The notes beneath the pieces are model-generated. The model was not told the origin of the DNA. It ran no database searches and worked only from the letters and a program-made list of their open reading frames with translations. From the UHGV virus genome UHGV-0004901: DNA of 38,194 nt, one strand, 5' to 3'. The stretch comes from a virus. A program made the position numbers and the translations under genes. Positions 17,410 through 28,403 of this stretch are shown piece after piece. Positions within the stretch are counted from its first letter, which is position 1. Each line of letters begins with the position of its first letter.

Positions 17410-18105
17410 ATGAATTTATTTGAGCGTTTGCTGTATCGCCGTCTTTGCAATGAGCAACCAGTCGATGGTGGAGCAGCTCCGGCTGCGTCAGAACCGTCAG
17501 CGCCTGCAGGTGATAACCCTGCTCCAGTTGGTGATCCATCACAACAGGAAGGTGATAAGCCACAACCTGTTGCTGATGGCGATAAACCTGCTGATGACAA
17601 AAAGCCTGAAAACGATAAGCAGGATGAAAAAAAGGACGGCGATAAACCAGAGGGTGCGCCTGAGAAGTACGAGTTTCAGGCAGCCGAAGGCGTAGAGCTG
17701 GATACAGAAGCGTTGAAGGAATTCGAGCCGGTGGCGCGAGAACTTAACCTGACCAACGAGCAAGCGCAAAAGCTGGTTGATGCTTATCCGAAGATTCTGG
17801 CAGGTGTTCAGCAGCGCCAGGCAGAAGCCTGGCAGAAAACAACCGAGCAGTGGGCTGCGGATGTAAAAGCTGACAAAGAAATCGGTGGCGACAAGTTGAT
17901 TTCTAACCTTAGCGCCGCACAGCGTGCGCTTGACCAGTTCGGGACACCTGAACTCAAAGAATATCTGAACACCACCGGACTGGGTAATCACCCTGATCTG
18001 GTCAAAACGTTCGTGAAAATCGGAAAGGCGATGTCTGAAGATGGCATGGTCACCGGTGGTAATGAAGGCCAGCGTAGTGCGGCCGAAGTGCTCTATGGCA
18101 AATAA
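17410..18105 (+). CDS. Scaffolding protein (putative)
   Basis: Acidic, low-complexity, helical-looking protein between portal and capsid; SD GGAG 6 nt upstream of ATG 17410. Confidence 0.55.
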   Translation: MNLFERLLYRRLCNEQPVDGGAAPAASEPSAPAGDNPAPVGDPSQQEGDKPQPVADGDKPADDKKPENDKQDEKKDGDKPEGAPEKYEFQAAEGVELDTEALKEFEPVARELNLTNEQAQKLVDAYPKILAGVQQRQAEAWQKTTEQWAADVKADKEIGGDKLISNLSAAQRALDQFGTPELKEYLNTTGLGNHPDLVKTFVKIGKAMSEDGMVTGGNEGQRSAAEVLYGK

Positions 18106-18113
18106 GAGAGGAA

Positions 18114-19106
18114 ATGACAATGGCTGTTAAAGGCTTAATTGCGCTGACGCTGGCAGACTGGGGTAAGCGCGTCGATCCTAATGGGAAAATCGATAAAATT
18201 ACCGAACTTCTCAGTCAAACGAATCCGATTCTGGAAGACATGCTGATTGTTGAAGGCAACCTTCCAACCGGACACCGCACCACCATTCGTTCTGGTTTAC
18301 CTTCAGCTACCTGGCGTTTGCTGAACTATGGCGTACAGCCAAGCAAATCAACCACAGTGCAGGTAACCGATTCCGTGGGCATGCTGGAAACCTATGCTGA
18401 AGTCGATAAGTCACTGGCTGATCTGAACGGCAATACCGCCGAATTCCGCCTGTCTGAAGACCGCGCATTTATTGAAGCGATGAATCAGCAGATGGCGCAG
18501 ACGCTGTTTTATGGTGATTCCAGCGTTAACCCTCAGCAGTTTATGGGACTGTCCTCCCGCTATTCCAGCCTGTCTGCGGGTAATGCTCAGAACATCATTG
18601 ATGCTGGTGGCACGGGTACAGATAACACCTCAATCTGGTTAGTGGTGTGGGGCGAAAACACCGTGCATGGCATCTTCCCGAAAGGGCAGAAGGCTGGCAT
18701 CCAGATGGAAGATAAAGGCCAGGTGACACTGGAAGATGCTAATGGCGGCAAGTACGAAGGCTACCGTACCCATTACAAATGGGACAACGGACTTGCTCTG
18801 CGTGACTGGCGTTATGTTGTTCGCATTGCAAACATCGATGTCAGCAATCTTTCAGAACCTTCCTCTGCCGCAAATATTGCGAAGTTGATGGTTAAAGCAC
18901 TGCATCGAATTCCAAACCGTGGCATGGGTCGCCCGGTGTTCTACATGAACCGCACTGTAGGCCAGGCTCTTGATCTGCAATCTCTGGAGAAAACATCTCT
19001 GGCGATCAGCGTAAAAGAGACAGAAGGCGAGTGGTGGACTTCATTCCGTGGTGTACCAATCCGTGAAACTGATGCGCTTCTGGAAACAGAAGCCCGCGTG
19101 GTGTAA
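18114..19106 (+). CDS. Major capsid protein
   Basis: 330-aa ORF with strong SD, in the capsid position after the scaffold; size fits a major capsid protein. Confidence 0.75.
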   Translation: MTMAVKGLIALTLADWGKRVDPNGKIDKITELLSQTNPILEDMLIVEGNLPTGHRTTIRSGLPSATWRLLNYGVQPSKSTTVQVTDSVGMLETYAEVDKSLADLNGNTAEFRLSEDRAFIEAMNQQMAQTLFYGDSSVNPQQFMGLSSRYSSLSAGNAQNIIDAGGTGTDNTSIWLVVWGENTVHGIFPKGQKAGIQMEDKGQVTLEDANGGKYEGYRTHYKWDNGLALRDWRYVVRIANIDVSNLSEPSSAANIAKLMVKALHRIPNRGMGRPVFYMNRTVGQALDLQSLEKTSLAISVKETEGEWWTSFRGVPIRETDALLETEARVV

Positions 19107-19157
19107 CGCCTGTTATTAACCTGTGGGTCGTAACAGACCCACTAATGGAGAAAGAAG

Positions 19158-19595
19158 ATGATCACCGACAAACTGTTGATGTTCTCCGAAGCTCAGGCGG
19201 TTACGAATACCGCGGCTTCTACTGACGTAATCGATCTCGGTCCAATTGACGGAAAACGTCGTGATATCGGCGTGGGTTACCCGCTTGAGTTTTGGGCGCT
19301 GGTTAACACAGCCGCCGCGGCAAGCGGTGATGCAACTGTAAACATCCAGTTGCAGACGAGTGAGAATAACAGCTCATGGACCACTATTTATGATAGTGGC
19401 GCACTGGCAAAGACCGCCCTGACAGCAGGTAAACGAGTTGTTTCTGCAAAGGTGCCTGCCGGTGTTCAGCGATATCTGCGTGTTAACTACTCCGTCGCAA
19501 CTGGCCCACTAACGGCTGGCGAATTCACTGCTGGTATCAGTCTTGATGTTGATGCCAATACGCCGTATCCGATCCGCTCAAAAGTAACTGGTTAA
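19158..19595 (+). CDS. Hypothetical capsid-associated protein (decoration-protein position)
   Basis: Position only. Confidence 0.35.
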   Translation: MITDKLLMFSEAQAVTNTAASTDVIDLGPIDGKRRDIGVGYPLEFWALVNTAAAASGDATVNIQLQTSENNSSWTTIYDSGALAKTALTAGKRVVSAKVPAGVQRYLRVNYSVATGPLTAGEFTAGISLDVDANTPYPIRSKVTG

Positions 19596-19605
19596 GGTGA
19601 TATCG

Positions 19606-19941
19606 ATGTCAGGTGAGAAACCAAGATACCGCGTTCTGCGCCTCTCTCATATCCATAACACTCTGTGGCCGGAGGGGGCAGAAATCGAATACGAAGGTGA
19701 GCCTGGTAGCGCACTGGAACCTGTTAACGATGCAGCCAGACAGGCAAAAGCAAAAGTTGCAGGAAAGGTGTCAATGGCAGCAACCAGCACCAAAATCATC
19801 AACGATGTGTCAGATGATGGTGAACTGGATAAGCTCCGTGAAGAGTACGAATTGCTCTTTAACGAGAAGCCACACCATAACGCCAAAGCCGAAACGCTCC
19901 GCGAGAAGATCGCAGATAAGCGTAAAGAACTGGGCGTGTAA
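19606..19941 (+). CDS. Hypothetical protein
   Basis: ATG 19606 with SD AAGGTGA; track ORF started at GTG 19597. Confidence 0.4.
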   Translation: MSGEKPRYRVLRLSHIHNTLWPEGAEIEYEGEPGSALEPVNDAARQAKAKVAGKVSMAATSTKIINDVSDDGELDKLREEYELLFNEKPHHNAKAETLREKIADKRKELGV

Positions 19942-19957
19942 GCCTCGCGAATCAGAC

Positions 19958-19980
19958 AAGGGGCTTCGGCCCCTTTATTG
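19958..19980 (+). terminator. Rho-independent terminator after the capsid gene block
   Basis: AAGGGGC-TTCG-GCCCCTT hairpin followed by TATTG. Confidence 0.65.
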
Positions 19981-19997
19981 CAGGAGTATAGAAACTT

Positions 19998-20603
19998 ATG
20001 GCCTCTGTAGTAGAGATCTGCAATCGTGCGCTGTCCAATATTGGCAATAGCCGCAGCATTAACAGCCTGACGGAAGCCAGCAAGGAAGCGGGGGAATGTT
20101 CGCTGCACTTTGAGGCCTGCCGTGATGCTGTGCTTTCTGATTTTGACTGGAACTTTGCTACCAAACGCGTGGCGCTTGCAGATACGAGCAATCCACCGCC
20201 TGACTGGGAATATGCGTACCAGTACCCGTCAGATTGTCTGCGCATTACTGAAATTATGCTTCCTGGTGTACGCAATCCAACAGCAGCAATGCGCGTTCAG
20301 TACGAAGTTGGTGCAGACACCAACGGAACAGGAAAGTTGATCTACACAGACCAGCCTCAGGCATGGCTCAAGTATGTCTCTCGCGTTACAGATGTGAACA
20401 TGTTTGATGCCATTTTTATGGAGGCGTTGGCCTGGCGTCTTGCGGCAGCTATTAACATGGCGCTGACTGGGAATGCAGACCTCGGTACGTTTGCCCTCAA
20501 TATGTACAATCGCGTGATTCTTAGTGCTGGCTTGCATAGCCAGAATGAATCACAGGAACCACAGCCACCGGTTGATGAGTTTACCATTGCGAGGTTGTCC
20601 TGA
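19998..20603 (+). CDS. Tail tubular protein A (T7 gp11-like adaptor)
   Basis: 201 aa, directly followed by an 823-aa gp12-like gene; size and order match the T7 gp11/gp12 pair; weak N-terminal resemblance to gp11. Confidence 0.55.
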   Translation: MASVVEICNRALSNIGNSRSINSLTEASKEAGECSLHFEACRDAVLSDFDWNFATKRVALADTSNPPPDWEYAYQYPSDCLRITEIMLPGVRNPTAAMRVQYEVGADTNGTGKLIYTDQPQAWLKYVSRVTDVNMFDAIFMEALAWRLAAAINMALTGNADLGTFALNMYNRVILSAGLHSQNESQEPQPPVDEFTIARLS

Positions 20604-23074
20604 TGGCTATCAGTTGGATCCAGCCCAGCTTTGCCGGTGGTGAGATTGGACCGTCGTTGTACGGGCGTATTGACATGGCGAAGTACCAGGTGGCATTGCG
20701 CAAGTGCGATAACTTTATCGTGCGGCAGTATGGCGGCGTTGAGAATCGACCTGGTACGCGTTTTGTCGGTGCCGCCAAATACCCAAATCGGAAATGCCGC
20801 CTGATCCCGTTCCAGTTCTCGACGGTTCAGACCTATGCTCTGGAGTTCGGACACCAGTACATGCGCGTTATCAAAGATGGTGCGTTGGTGCTGAACAGCA
20901 GCAATGTTATTTATGAAATTGCCACGCCATATACTGAAGCCGATCTGTTCCGAATTAAATTCACGCAAAGCGCAGACGTGCTTACGCTGGTTCATCCGGC
21001 ATACCCGCCGAAAGAGTTGCGCCGCTATGCGCATGACAACTGGCAACTGGTTGATGTGGTAACGAAGAACGGGCCATTTGAAGATATCAATATTGACGAG
21101 TCAGTGACGGTTTATGCCAGCGCCAGCACCGGGACAATTACGTTAACGGCAAGCGCCTCTATTTTTGGCTCGGAGCAGGTAGACAAATTGTTCTATCTGG
21201 AACAGCCTGCAGTGGATTCAGTGCCGGTATGGGAAACCAGTAAGAGTACGTCGATTGACGATGTTCGCCGTGCAGACAGTAACTACTATCGCGCTGTTAC
21301 AGCAGGTAAAACAGGCACTTTGCGCCCTTCGCATACAGAAGGCACATCATGGGATGGCTGGGGCGGATCCGGTGATGATGATACCGGCATTGAGTGGGAA
21401 TATCTGCACAGTGGTTTTGGCATTGCCCGTATCACTGCTGCAAATGGAACTACTGCAACTGCCGAGGTGATTTCCTATATCCCTTCGCAGATAGTTGGCG
21501 AGGATAATGCCAGCTATAAATGGGCTAAATATGCCTGGAACAGTATTAACGGTTATCCTGGCACTGTTGTTTATTATCAACAACGTCTTTACTTCGCCGC
21601 ATCGACTGCGTTCCCTCAGACTATCTGGGCCAGCCGTACTGGGGATTATAAGGATTTTGGCAAAAGCAATCCTACGCAGGATGACGACAGAATTATCTAC
21701 ACCTATGCCGGGCGTCAGGTTAATGAGATCCGCCACCTGATTGATGTTGGTTCGCTGGTGGCGCTGACTTCCGGAGGTGAGTACGTCATCACCGGCGACC
21801 AGAACAAAGTATTAACCCCATCATCATTTGCATTCAGCTCTCAGGGATCAAATGGCTCGAGCAATGTCCCACCAATTGCCGTGGCGAATATTGCTCTGTT
21901 CGTCCAGGAGAAAGGCAGTGTTGTCCGTGATCTTGCCTACTCATTCGATGTTGACGGCTATCAGGGGAACGACCTGACCATCCTTGCCAATCATCTTTTT
22001 CAGAAGCACAGCATTGTTGACTGGTGCTTCTCTATTGTCCCTTACTCCAGCGCCTTCTGCATTCGTGATGACGGTAAATTACTGGTGATGACCTATTTGC
22101 GTGATCAGCAGGTTTTTGCATGGGCACCACAATCCAGTACCGGAAAATATGAAAGCACATGCAGTATCAGCGAAGGCAATGAAGATGCGGTGTATTTCGT
22201 CGTTAACCGAACCGTTAACGGGCAAACAGTGAGATACATCGAGCGGCTGTCCAGCCGTTTATTTACCAGCGATGAAGATGCTTTCTTTGTTGATTCTGGC
22301 CTTAGCTATGATGGAAGAAATACGTCTGACAGAACGATGACCATCACTGGTGGTTCTGGTGAATGGGATTACCGTGCGGAATATACAATCAGTGTTTCTG
22401 GTGGTGCGTACTTCACCAGTAGTGATGTCGGCGCGCAACTACAGTTCCCTTATACCGGAACTGATCCTGATACTGGCGATGAGGTGTCAAAAGAATTACG
22501 TTGCGACATTATTTCTGTAACCAGCAATACCGCTGTAGTGGTTCGTGCTAACAGGAACGTCCCGCCATCCCTCAGGAATGTGGCCACCACGAACTGGCAG
22601 ATGGCGCGCCGGACATTTGGAGGCCTGTCTCATCTTGAAGGCCAGACCGTAAACATTCTCTCTGATGCGAACGTGGAACCACAGAAAGTGGTTTCCGGAG
22701 GTGCCGTCACGCTGGAATCTCCGGGGGCTGTAGTGCACATCGGCCTGCCAATAACTGCTGAATTCGAAACACTGGATATCAACATTAACGGACAGGAAAC
22801 GCTGCTGGACAAAAAACAGGTGATCCCCTCCGTTACTCTGGTTGTGAATGCCAGTCGCGGCATCTGGGCGACTACGCCCGGCGGTAAATGGTACGAATAT
22901 CCACAGCGTGAATTCGAGTTCTACGATGATCCTGTTGATGATGCTACCGGAAAAGTAGAAGTGAAACTGGACAGTAACTGGGGCAAAAACGGACGTGTAA
23001 AAATCCGTCAGCTTGATCCGTTGCCGCTGTCTGTTCTTGCCGTTATTCCTCGCCTTACTGTTGGGGGATTCTGA
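20603..23074 (+). CDS. Tail tubular protein B (T7 gp12-like nozzle)
   Basis: 823 aa; N-terminus ...GGEIGPSLYGRID...VENRPGTRF resembles T7 gp12 ...GGISQQPDILRYPDQ...LQKRPPLVF. Confidence 0.7.
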   Translation: MAISWIQPSFAGGEIGPSLYGRIDMAKYQVALRKCDNFIVRQYGGVENRPGTRFVGAAKYPNRKCRLIPFQFSTVQTYALEFGHQYMRVIKDGALVLNSSNVIYEIATPYTEADLFRIKFTQSADVLTLVHPAYPPKELRRYAHDNWQLVDVVTKNGPFEDINIDESVTVYASASTGTITLTASASIFGSEQVDKLFYLEQPAVDSVPVWETSKSTSIDDVRRADSNYYRAVTAGKTGTLRPSHTEGTSWDGWGGSGDDDTGIEWEYLHSGFGIARITAANGTTATAEVISYIPSQIVGEDNASYKWAKYAWNSINGYPGTVVYYQQRLYFAASTAFPQTIWASRTGDYKDFGKSNPTQDDDRIIYTYAGRQVNEIRHLIDVGSLVALTSGGEYVITGDQNKVLTPSSFAFSSQGSNGSSNVPPIAVANIALFVQEKGSVVRDLAYSFDVDGYQGNDLTILANHLFQKHSIVDWCFSIVPYSSAFCIRDDGKLLVMTYLRDQQVFAWAPQSSTGKYESTCSISEGNEDAVYFVVNRTVNGQTVRYIERLSSRLFTSDEDAFFVDSGLSYDGRNTSDRTMTITGGSGEWDYRAEYTISVSGGAYFTSSDVGAQLQFPYTGTDPDTGDEVSKELRCDIISVTSNTAVVVRANRNVPPSLRNVATTNWQMARRTFGGLSHLEGQTVNILSDANVEPQKVVSGGAVTLESPGAVVHIGLPITAEFETLDININGQETLLDKKQVIPSVTLVVNASRGIWATTPGGKWYEYPQREFEFYDDPVDDATGKVEVKLDSNWGKNGRVKIRQLDPLPLSVLAVIPRLTVGGF

Positions 23075-23538
23075 TGATCGATGTTCGAATTGTTCCCGCT
23101 ACCGAAGAGCATCTTCAGATGATTTTGCCGGATGTTCGTCAGGCTGATATTGACGAACTGTATGCGGTATCGCTGATGACTACCGAAGATGCGCTGCGTG
23201 TTGGTCTTCGCACTGCGACTATGGCCTGGTCAGGATTTGCGAACGGAGAACTGGTAACCATGTTTGGCGTATCTCCGGCGTCAATGATCGGTGGCAATGG
23301 TACGCCCTGGCTGGTAGGAACCAGCCGTATTGAAAAATATCAGAAGACATTTCTTCGCCACTGCCGCCCTGTATTGCAGCAGATGCTGGCAGTTTATCCG
23401 CGCCTGGAAAACTACGTCGATGAGCGAAACCATGTTGCCAAAGCATGGCTGCACTGGCTTGGATTCAGGCTTGAAGAAGCCGCGCCTTATGGTGCTCTTG
23501 GTCTTAATTTCCACAGATTTCACATGGAGAGAAAATAA
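23074..23538 (+). CDS. Hypothetical virion protein (T7 gp13 position)
   Basis: Position only; coupled overlaps with both neighbours. Confidence 0.4.
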   Translation: MIDVRIVPATEEHLQMILPDVRQADIDELYAVSLMTTEDALRVGLRTATMAWSGFANGELVTMFGVSPASMIGGNGTPWLVGTSRIEKYQKTFLRHCRPVLQQMLAVYPRLENYVDERNHVAKAWLHWLGFRLEEAAPYGALGLNFHRFHMERK

Positions 23539-24083
23539 TGTGCGATCCGGTTATTGCTGGTGGCGCAATGCTCGCCATGAGTGGCATTCAGGCATACACC
23601 CAGTACCAACAGGGAAAGTATGCCTCGAAGGTTGCAGAAGCGAACGCAGATATAGCCACAGCTCAGGCAAATGATGCAATAAACAGAGGTAACGCTGAAG
23701 CTGAGCAACGGCGCAGAGAGACCCGACAGCGGCTTGGTACACAGGCGGCGACAATGGGGGCTACCGGCGCTGATTTATCTACAGGTAACGCGCTGGATAT
23801 ATTTGGTGACACTGCTCAGTTTGGTGCTCTTGATTCGCTAACGACGGTGAATAACGCGCAACGCGAGGCTTACGGTTATCAGGTGCAGGCTGCCAACTAT
23901 AAAGCAGAAGCCAGTTCAGCCCGTAAACAGGGGAATGTAGGAGCAGCAACAACATTGCTCACTGCGCCTCTGAAGGCATACGGTGCGTACCAGATGTTTG
24001 GTGGGACGTGGAGTCCGTTTACTCAAAGCACTCCTGCGCCAATCGGGGCAGCAGCAGGAACCAGATTACCCGGAGGATTATAA
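23538..24083 (+). CDS. Internal virion protein B (T7 gp14-like)
   Basis: N-terminus MCDPVIAGGAMLAMSGIQAY resembles the T7 gp14 N-terminus MCWAAAIPIAISGAQAI; Ala/Gln-rich. Confidence 0.6.
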   Translation: MCDPVIAGGAMLAMSGIQAYTQYQQGKYASKVAEANADIATAQANDAINRGNAEAEQRRRETRQRLGTQAATMGATGADLSTGNALDIFGDTAQFGALDSLTTVNNAQREAYGYQVQAANYKAEASSARKQGNVGAATTLLTAPLKAYGAYQMFGGTWSPFTQSTPAPIGAAAGTRLPGGL

Positions 24084-26704
24084 TGCCAGTCGTACCAACA
24101 GTATCCGGACGTCAGGTTGAGAGTCGTGGAGTTCAGTCAGCAGGCTTGCAGACGTTTTCTCAGCCAGGTATTGGTGATGCTTTTGTTCGGGCAGGGACAG
24201 AGGCAATTGATGTTTTTGGTCAGGCAAAACAGCGTGCCAATATTGCCTTTGTTCAGGAGGCATCCCTTAAACTCAGTCAGACAGGCAGTGATCTGCTGAA
24301 TAATCCTGAAACAGGATTGCTTAACCTGAAAGGGAAAAATGCTATTGGAAAAGGCCATGAGTATACGCAGCAGTTTGATGCTCAGGTTGAACAACTGGCT
24401 ATGTCGCTGCCAGATGAACAGGCTCGTAATGCTTTCATGCAGCAGGCGCAGCAACAGCGTATTCAGTTCACTACGCAGGCCGGGAGGTACGAAATAGGAC
24501 AGGTTCGCCAGTATGAGGCGGATATGCAGGATGCGACACTAAAAAACCTATCGATGCAGTTCCGTAACCCGACAATGGCAAACCAGGCAGGATTGAAGGC
24601 ATATCATAGCATCATCGCTTACGGCGAAGCCCACGGCCAGAGTCAGGAAGAGATCGAACAGAACTGGGTTTCGTGGCGCGAGAATGCCGCGAACGGTGCG
24701 GCGGAGGCGTGGTATGTGCCGATGTATCAACAGATGATGGGGCCGAACGGCAAGATTGAGGTAACCGATACACCGAGTGAGGCGCAGTTATTCTCTGCAA
24801 TAATCTGGCAGGAGAGTGGCGGAAATCAGTACGGAAAGGACGGAACACCTCTGGTGTCGCCAAAAGGCGCTGTTGGCGTAGCGCAGGTGACGGAAGATAC
24901 TGGCCCCGAAGCTGCCCGCCTTGCTGGTGTGCCGTGGGACCGAGATAAATGGTTGAATGACCCGCGCTATAATGCCCGCTTGGGGCAAGCTTATTTCGGC
25001 GCGCAGATGAAGAAATACGACAATAACCCGGTTCTGGCAGTAGCTGCCTATAACGCTGGCCCAGGAAAGGTTGACGGCTGGATTAAACAGATTGGCGATC
25101 CGCGCACAGGCGAAGTCAGTAACGCCCAGTTTGCCGCAGCTATCCCATACGACGAGACGCGCAATTATGTGGCAAAAGTAACTGGCAGTGCTGGAGCTAT
25201 TCCTGGATCTGCGACGATGGAAAACCTCATCGCACAGCCATTCTGGAACGCCATGAGTCCGGACAAAAAGTCGCAGATGATGAGCAAGGTTGCTGGCATG
25301 TACGACATGCAGGCTTCAGCCGGTCGCGTTGCGCTACAGAGTCGAATGCAGGACGACCTATCCAAAATTGAGGCCGGTAAGCAGGTGACGCCTATTTCAG
25401 CGCACGAATGGGCCGCCGTTATGCCGCTTCAGGCAGCGCCTGCCGAGCGCCTGCAGATGGAAAAAACCTTCCAGCAATACCAGCAGGCAATGACGCTACA
25501 ACCTGTTTATCAGACCATCATGCAGGGCAACGTCCAGCAGGGTACCGCCGCCGTGCAGGCAATGGCACCGCAGGAAAACGACCCTGACTTTAAATACAAA
25601 GCCGAGCTTTATGCATCGGCAAAGGTCAAGCTTGGGCAGGTACTGAAGGCGCGGGAAGCGGATCCGGGGGTATGGCTGCAACAAAACTCTCCGGTTGTGC
25701 AGGCTGCATTCCAGCAGTACCTCAATGACCCTTCATCTGGTGAATACCTAGTTTCCCGCATACAGTCTGAAAAAGACCGCCTGGGGATAATGAGCAAAAA
25801 AGTTTTACCGGAGTCCATGGTTAACGACGTACTGCAGCGTATTGACAACACGCAGGAATCTAGCGTAAAGGCCATTCAGTCGGTGGCGCAGTCGTTCGGC
25901 AAATACTCGGATCAGGTGATGTGGCAGGTGCAAAATAAAGCATTCCCAGCTTTAAAGGTTGTAATGTCTACAGAAAACCAACGGGCAGCAGATGCGTTGT
26001 GGCAAATACGGAATGTATCTACTTCTGATTTGAGATCTGGTTTGGATAAAAACCAGGCAGACAGTGCAGACTCATCGTGGACAGATCAATTTAAAGATTT
26101 TTCTTCAACTCTTATTCCTCAGAGAAATGGTGCTGAAAACTGGACTATTTATAACGAGCAGGGAAAACGCTTGACCTACAACTACATGCAGCGCGGAATG
26201 TCGGCGTCTGATGCAGCAAAACAGGCGTATCAGGACCTTCTCGGCGAGCAGTACCAGACCAATGGCACTTGGCGGCTACCTAAGCGTGCAGGGATAGATA
26301 TTCGTGACGTTAACGATGGTGCCAATGCGTATCTGAAAAACCTGTCAGCAGATCAGATTATGCCGCTTATTGGTGACCCAAGGCTACCTGATGAGGTCAA
26401 CCGTGAGCAGAGTATCTCCCGCATTCGTGATAATGCGCAGTGGGTTACCAACAGCGACGAAACAGGACTTACCCTGATGCTCAACGGGCTGATCGTCAAC
26501 GGTGCCGACGGCAACCCGATTACGGTGCCGTTCAACGATCTGGCGAAACTGGGAACAACCAACCGATCAGTATGGAACAGCATTACCAAGTTCATTGATA
26601 CTCCGGTGAAATATACTCCCGGACAGTCTAAGGAATACAGCGCAGAAAGTCAGCGCGACAACCTGATTAACATTTTCCAGAACGGCCAGCAATCAGGACG
26701 ATAA
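24083..26704 (+). CDS. Internal virion (ejection) protein with lytic transglycosylase domain
   Basis: Start at ATG 24083 (SD GGAGGA); SLT motifs ...IIWQESGGNQYG... and ...AAYNAGPGKV... Confidence 0.8.
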   Translation: MPVVPTVSGRQVESRGVQSAGLQTFSQPGIGDAFVRAGTEAIDVFGQAKQRANIAFVQEASLKLSQTGSDLLNNPETGLLNLKGKNAIGKGHEYTQQFDAQVEQLAMSLPDEQARNAFMQQAQQQRIQFTTQAGRYEIGQVRQYEADMQDATLKNLSMQFRNPTMANQAGLKAYHSIIAYGEAHGQSQEEIEQNWVSWRENAANGAAEAWYVPMYQQMMGPNGKIEVTDTPSEAQLFSAIIWQESGGNQYGKDGTPLVSPKGAVGVAQVTEDTGPEAARLAGVPWDRDKWLNDPRYNARLGQAYFGAQMKKYDNNPVLAVAAYNAGPGKVDGWIKQIGDPRTGEVSNAQFAAAIPYDETRNYVAKVTGSAGAIPGSATMENLIAQPFWNAMSPDKKSQMMSKVAGMYDMQASAGRVALQSRMQDDLSKIEAGKQVTPISAHEWAAVMPLQAAPAERLQMEKTFQQYQQAMTLQPVYQTIMQGNVQQGTAAVQAMAPQENDPDFKYKAELYASAKVKLGQVLKAREADPGVWLQQNSPVVQAAFQQYLNDPSSGEYLVSRIQSEKDRLGIMSKKVLPESMVNDVLQRIDNTQESSVKAIQSVAQSFGKYSDQVMWQVQNKAFPALKVVMSTENQRAADALWQIRNVSTSDLRSGLDKNQADSADSSWTDQFKDFSSTLIPQRNGAENWTIYNEQGKRLTYNYMQRGMSASDAAKQAYQDLLGEQYQTNGTWRLPKRAGIDIRDVNDGANAYLKNLSADQIMPLIGDPRLPDEVNREQSISRIRDNAQWVTNSDETGLTLMLNGLIVNGADGNPITVPFNDLAKLGTTNRSVWNSITKFIDTPVKYTPGQSKEYSAESQRDNLINIFQNGQQSGR

Positions 26705-26705
26705 C

Positions 26706-28403
26706 ATGCCAATTTACACAGATGATCCGGGACAGGGCATTAACCAGCCAATTGGCAACGCGCCAGCAGGGCTTGGCGAATCGCTGCTTTCTTCCCTTAA
26801 GCAGGGATTTGAAGAGGGGCCGGTCATGTCCGGCTACCGCTTTGCGCAGGCCGACTCGCTGACGAATGACCCAAACTCTACAGTTATCAGTAAGCAGGAC
26901 GCAGATGAGCTCCTGAAGCAGTACGGCGTAAAGAGCATAAACGTGCCAGATTCTGGCGTTACGCAGGCTTTTCTCGATCATGTTATTGCCGAACGCAAAG
27001 ATTCTCTGGCACGCCAGCAGATTGCGATGTCGGCACCGAGCGGGTGGGTAGCCACGCCGCTTAATTTCGCAGCCAGCCTAGCTGGTTCAATGGCAGATCC
27101 TGGTAACGTGGCGCTGGCGCTGGTTCCGTTCGCTGGAGAAGCAAAGGCAGCTTCTGTGCTTGGCCGATTTGGCGAGCGATTTGTTGCTGGTGCACGCATG
27201 GGGGCAGCGCAGGCGGTGGTGACCGTGCCGCTTACCGGGCTGGCAGCGGCGGCGGAAGGTGACGACTTCACCTATAGCAACGCGTTGGAAAGTACTTTCT
27301 TTAACACGATGGCTGGCGGCCTAATGCATGCCGGCGGCGGCCTTATCGCCGATATCGTGCGACCGCGTCGCGTTCCCGATGCTGCAACGGGAGAGTCCCC
27401 GGCGTTTTCTGGCGATGCGCAGCCAACCCCGGTGATAACGCCTGACAACATTCCGGCGGGCGTGAATATCCCTGAGGTTGGCGCTAACGCAGATCTGGCG
27501 GCGGCCATTTCCAGTGAAGCGGAGAGCTACGCATACAGCCGGGCTTATGACGACGTGGTTCCTGACTATATGGCGCGCCAGCAGGAGTTACAGAGCGGGC
27601 AGATCGGTAACGTAGCCGACCTGCGTGCCGAGCTTGCGGCTAATCAACGTCATGCTGACTCGCTTGATGCGACGCTGCAGCAGCGCACCAAAAAGTATCA
27701 GGGGCAGCGGATGAAGTTTAAGGATGCGCGCTCTAGGGCACTGAAAGAGATTCAGGCCGAGAAAGACGCCATCGCTGCACGCAATCAGGAGATCAACACA
27801 TCGCTGGAGCAGAACGCGACAGCAGAGCAGGCGCGCTGGCGCCAGTCTCAGATTTCCCGCGGCGAGATCCCCGACGACCTGAAAGTCACCATTTCCGAGC
27901 GTGCGCAGCAGATCCTGGACGGCATGCAGATGTCGCCGGTCGCTGGCGCAGTTCGCACTGCCGCAAGCGCCATCAGGGATGCTGACTGGAGCGTGAACCA
28001 GCAGGCGTATCGCGCTGCGCTGGCACACATGATGGAAGGACGTAGCCCAGATGTTGAGCCCTTCTATGAACTGCACAAACCGGCACTGCGTGAACGCGCC
28101 ATCCATCGCATACAGAATCCGGCACGGCAGGTTGATGAAACGGCTCGCCCAGCAAGCGAAACAGCCGATCGGGTTTATCAAGAAACGCAAAAGGCAGATC
28201 ATGAAATTACCGCTGCCGCTGCAGACCTTGATAACGAGCTCAACCTGAGTAACGCCCTGCTTGACGATATCGCTGTCGATAACCCTGATCTTGCGACCAC
28301 GTTGCGCCAGAAACTCAATGATATTCGTGTCGACGCCAGCGACAATAGCATGAGCAACGCTTTCCGGGCATTTGCCGCCTGTATGATTAACCGGGGGATG
28401 TGA
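26706..28403 (+). CDS. Internal virion/ejection protein (putative)
   Basis: 565-aa ORF within the ejection-gene block; position and coupling. Confidence 0.5.
   Translation: MPIYTDDPGQGINQPIGNAPAGLGESLLSSLKQGFEEGPVMSGYRFAQADSLTNDPNSTVISKQDADELLKQYGVKSINVPDSGVTQAFLDHVIAERKDSLARQQIAMSAPSGWVATPLNFAASLAGSMADPGNVALALVPFAGEAKAASVLGRFGERFVAGARMGAAQAVVTVPLTGLAAAAEGDDFTYSNALESTFFNTMAGGLMHAGGGLIADIVRPRRVPDAATGESPAFSGDAQPTPVITPDNIPAGVNIPEVGANADLAAAISSEAESYAYSRAYDDVVPDYMARQQELQSGQIGNVADLRAELAANQRHADSLDATLQQRTKKYQGQRMKFKDARSRALKEIQAEKDAIAARNQEINTSLEQNATAEQARWRQSQISRGEIPDDLKVTISERAQQILDGMQMSPVAGAVRTAASAIRDADWSVNQQAYRAALAHMMEGRSPDVEPFYELHKPALRERAIHRIQNPARQVDETARPASETADRVYQETQKADHEITAAAADLDNELNLSNALLDDIAVDNPDLATTLRQKLNDIRVDASDNSMSNAFRAFAACMINRGM

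Noticed and set aside
19122-19141. Hairpin GTGGGTC-GTAACA-GACCCAC between the capsid and the following gene as a terminator
   Set aside because: No T-run follows; it may modulate read-through or mRNA stability, but the evidence is insufficient to call a terminator.
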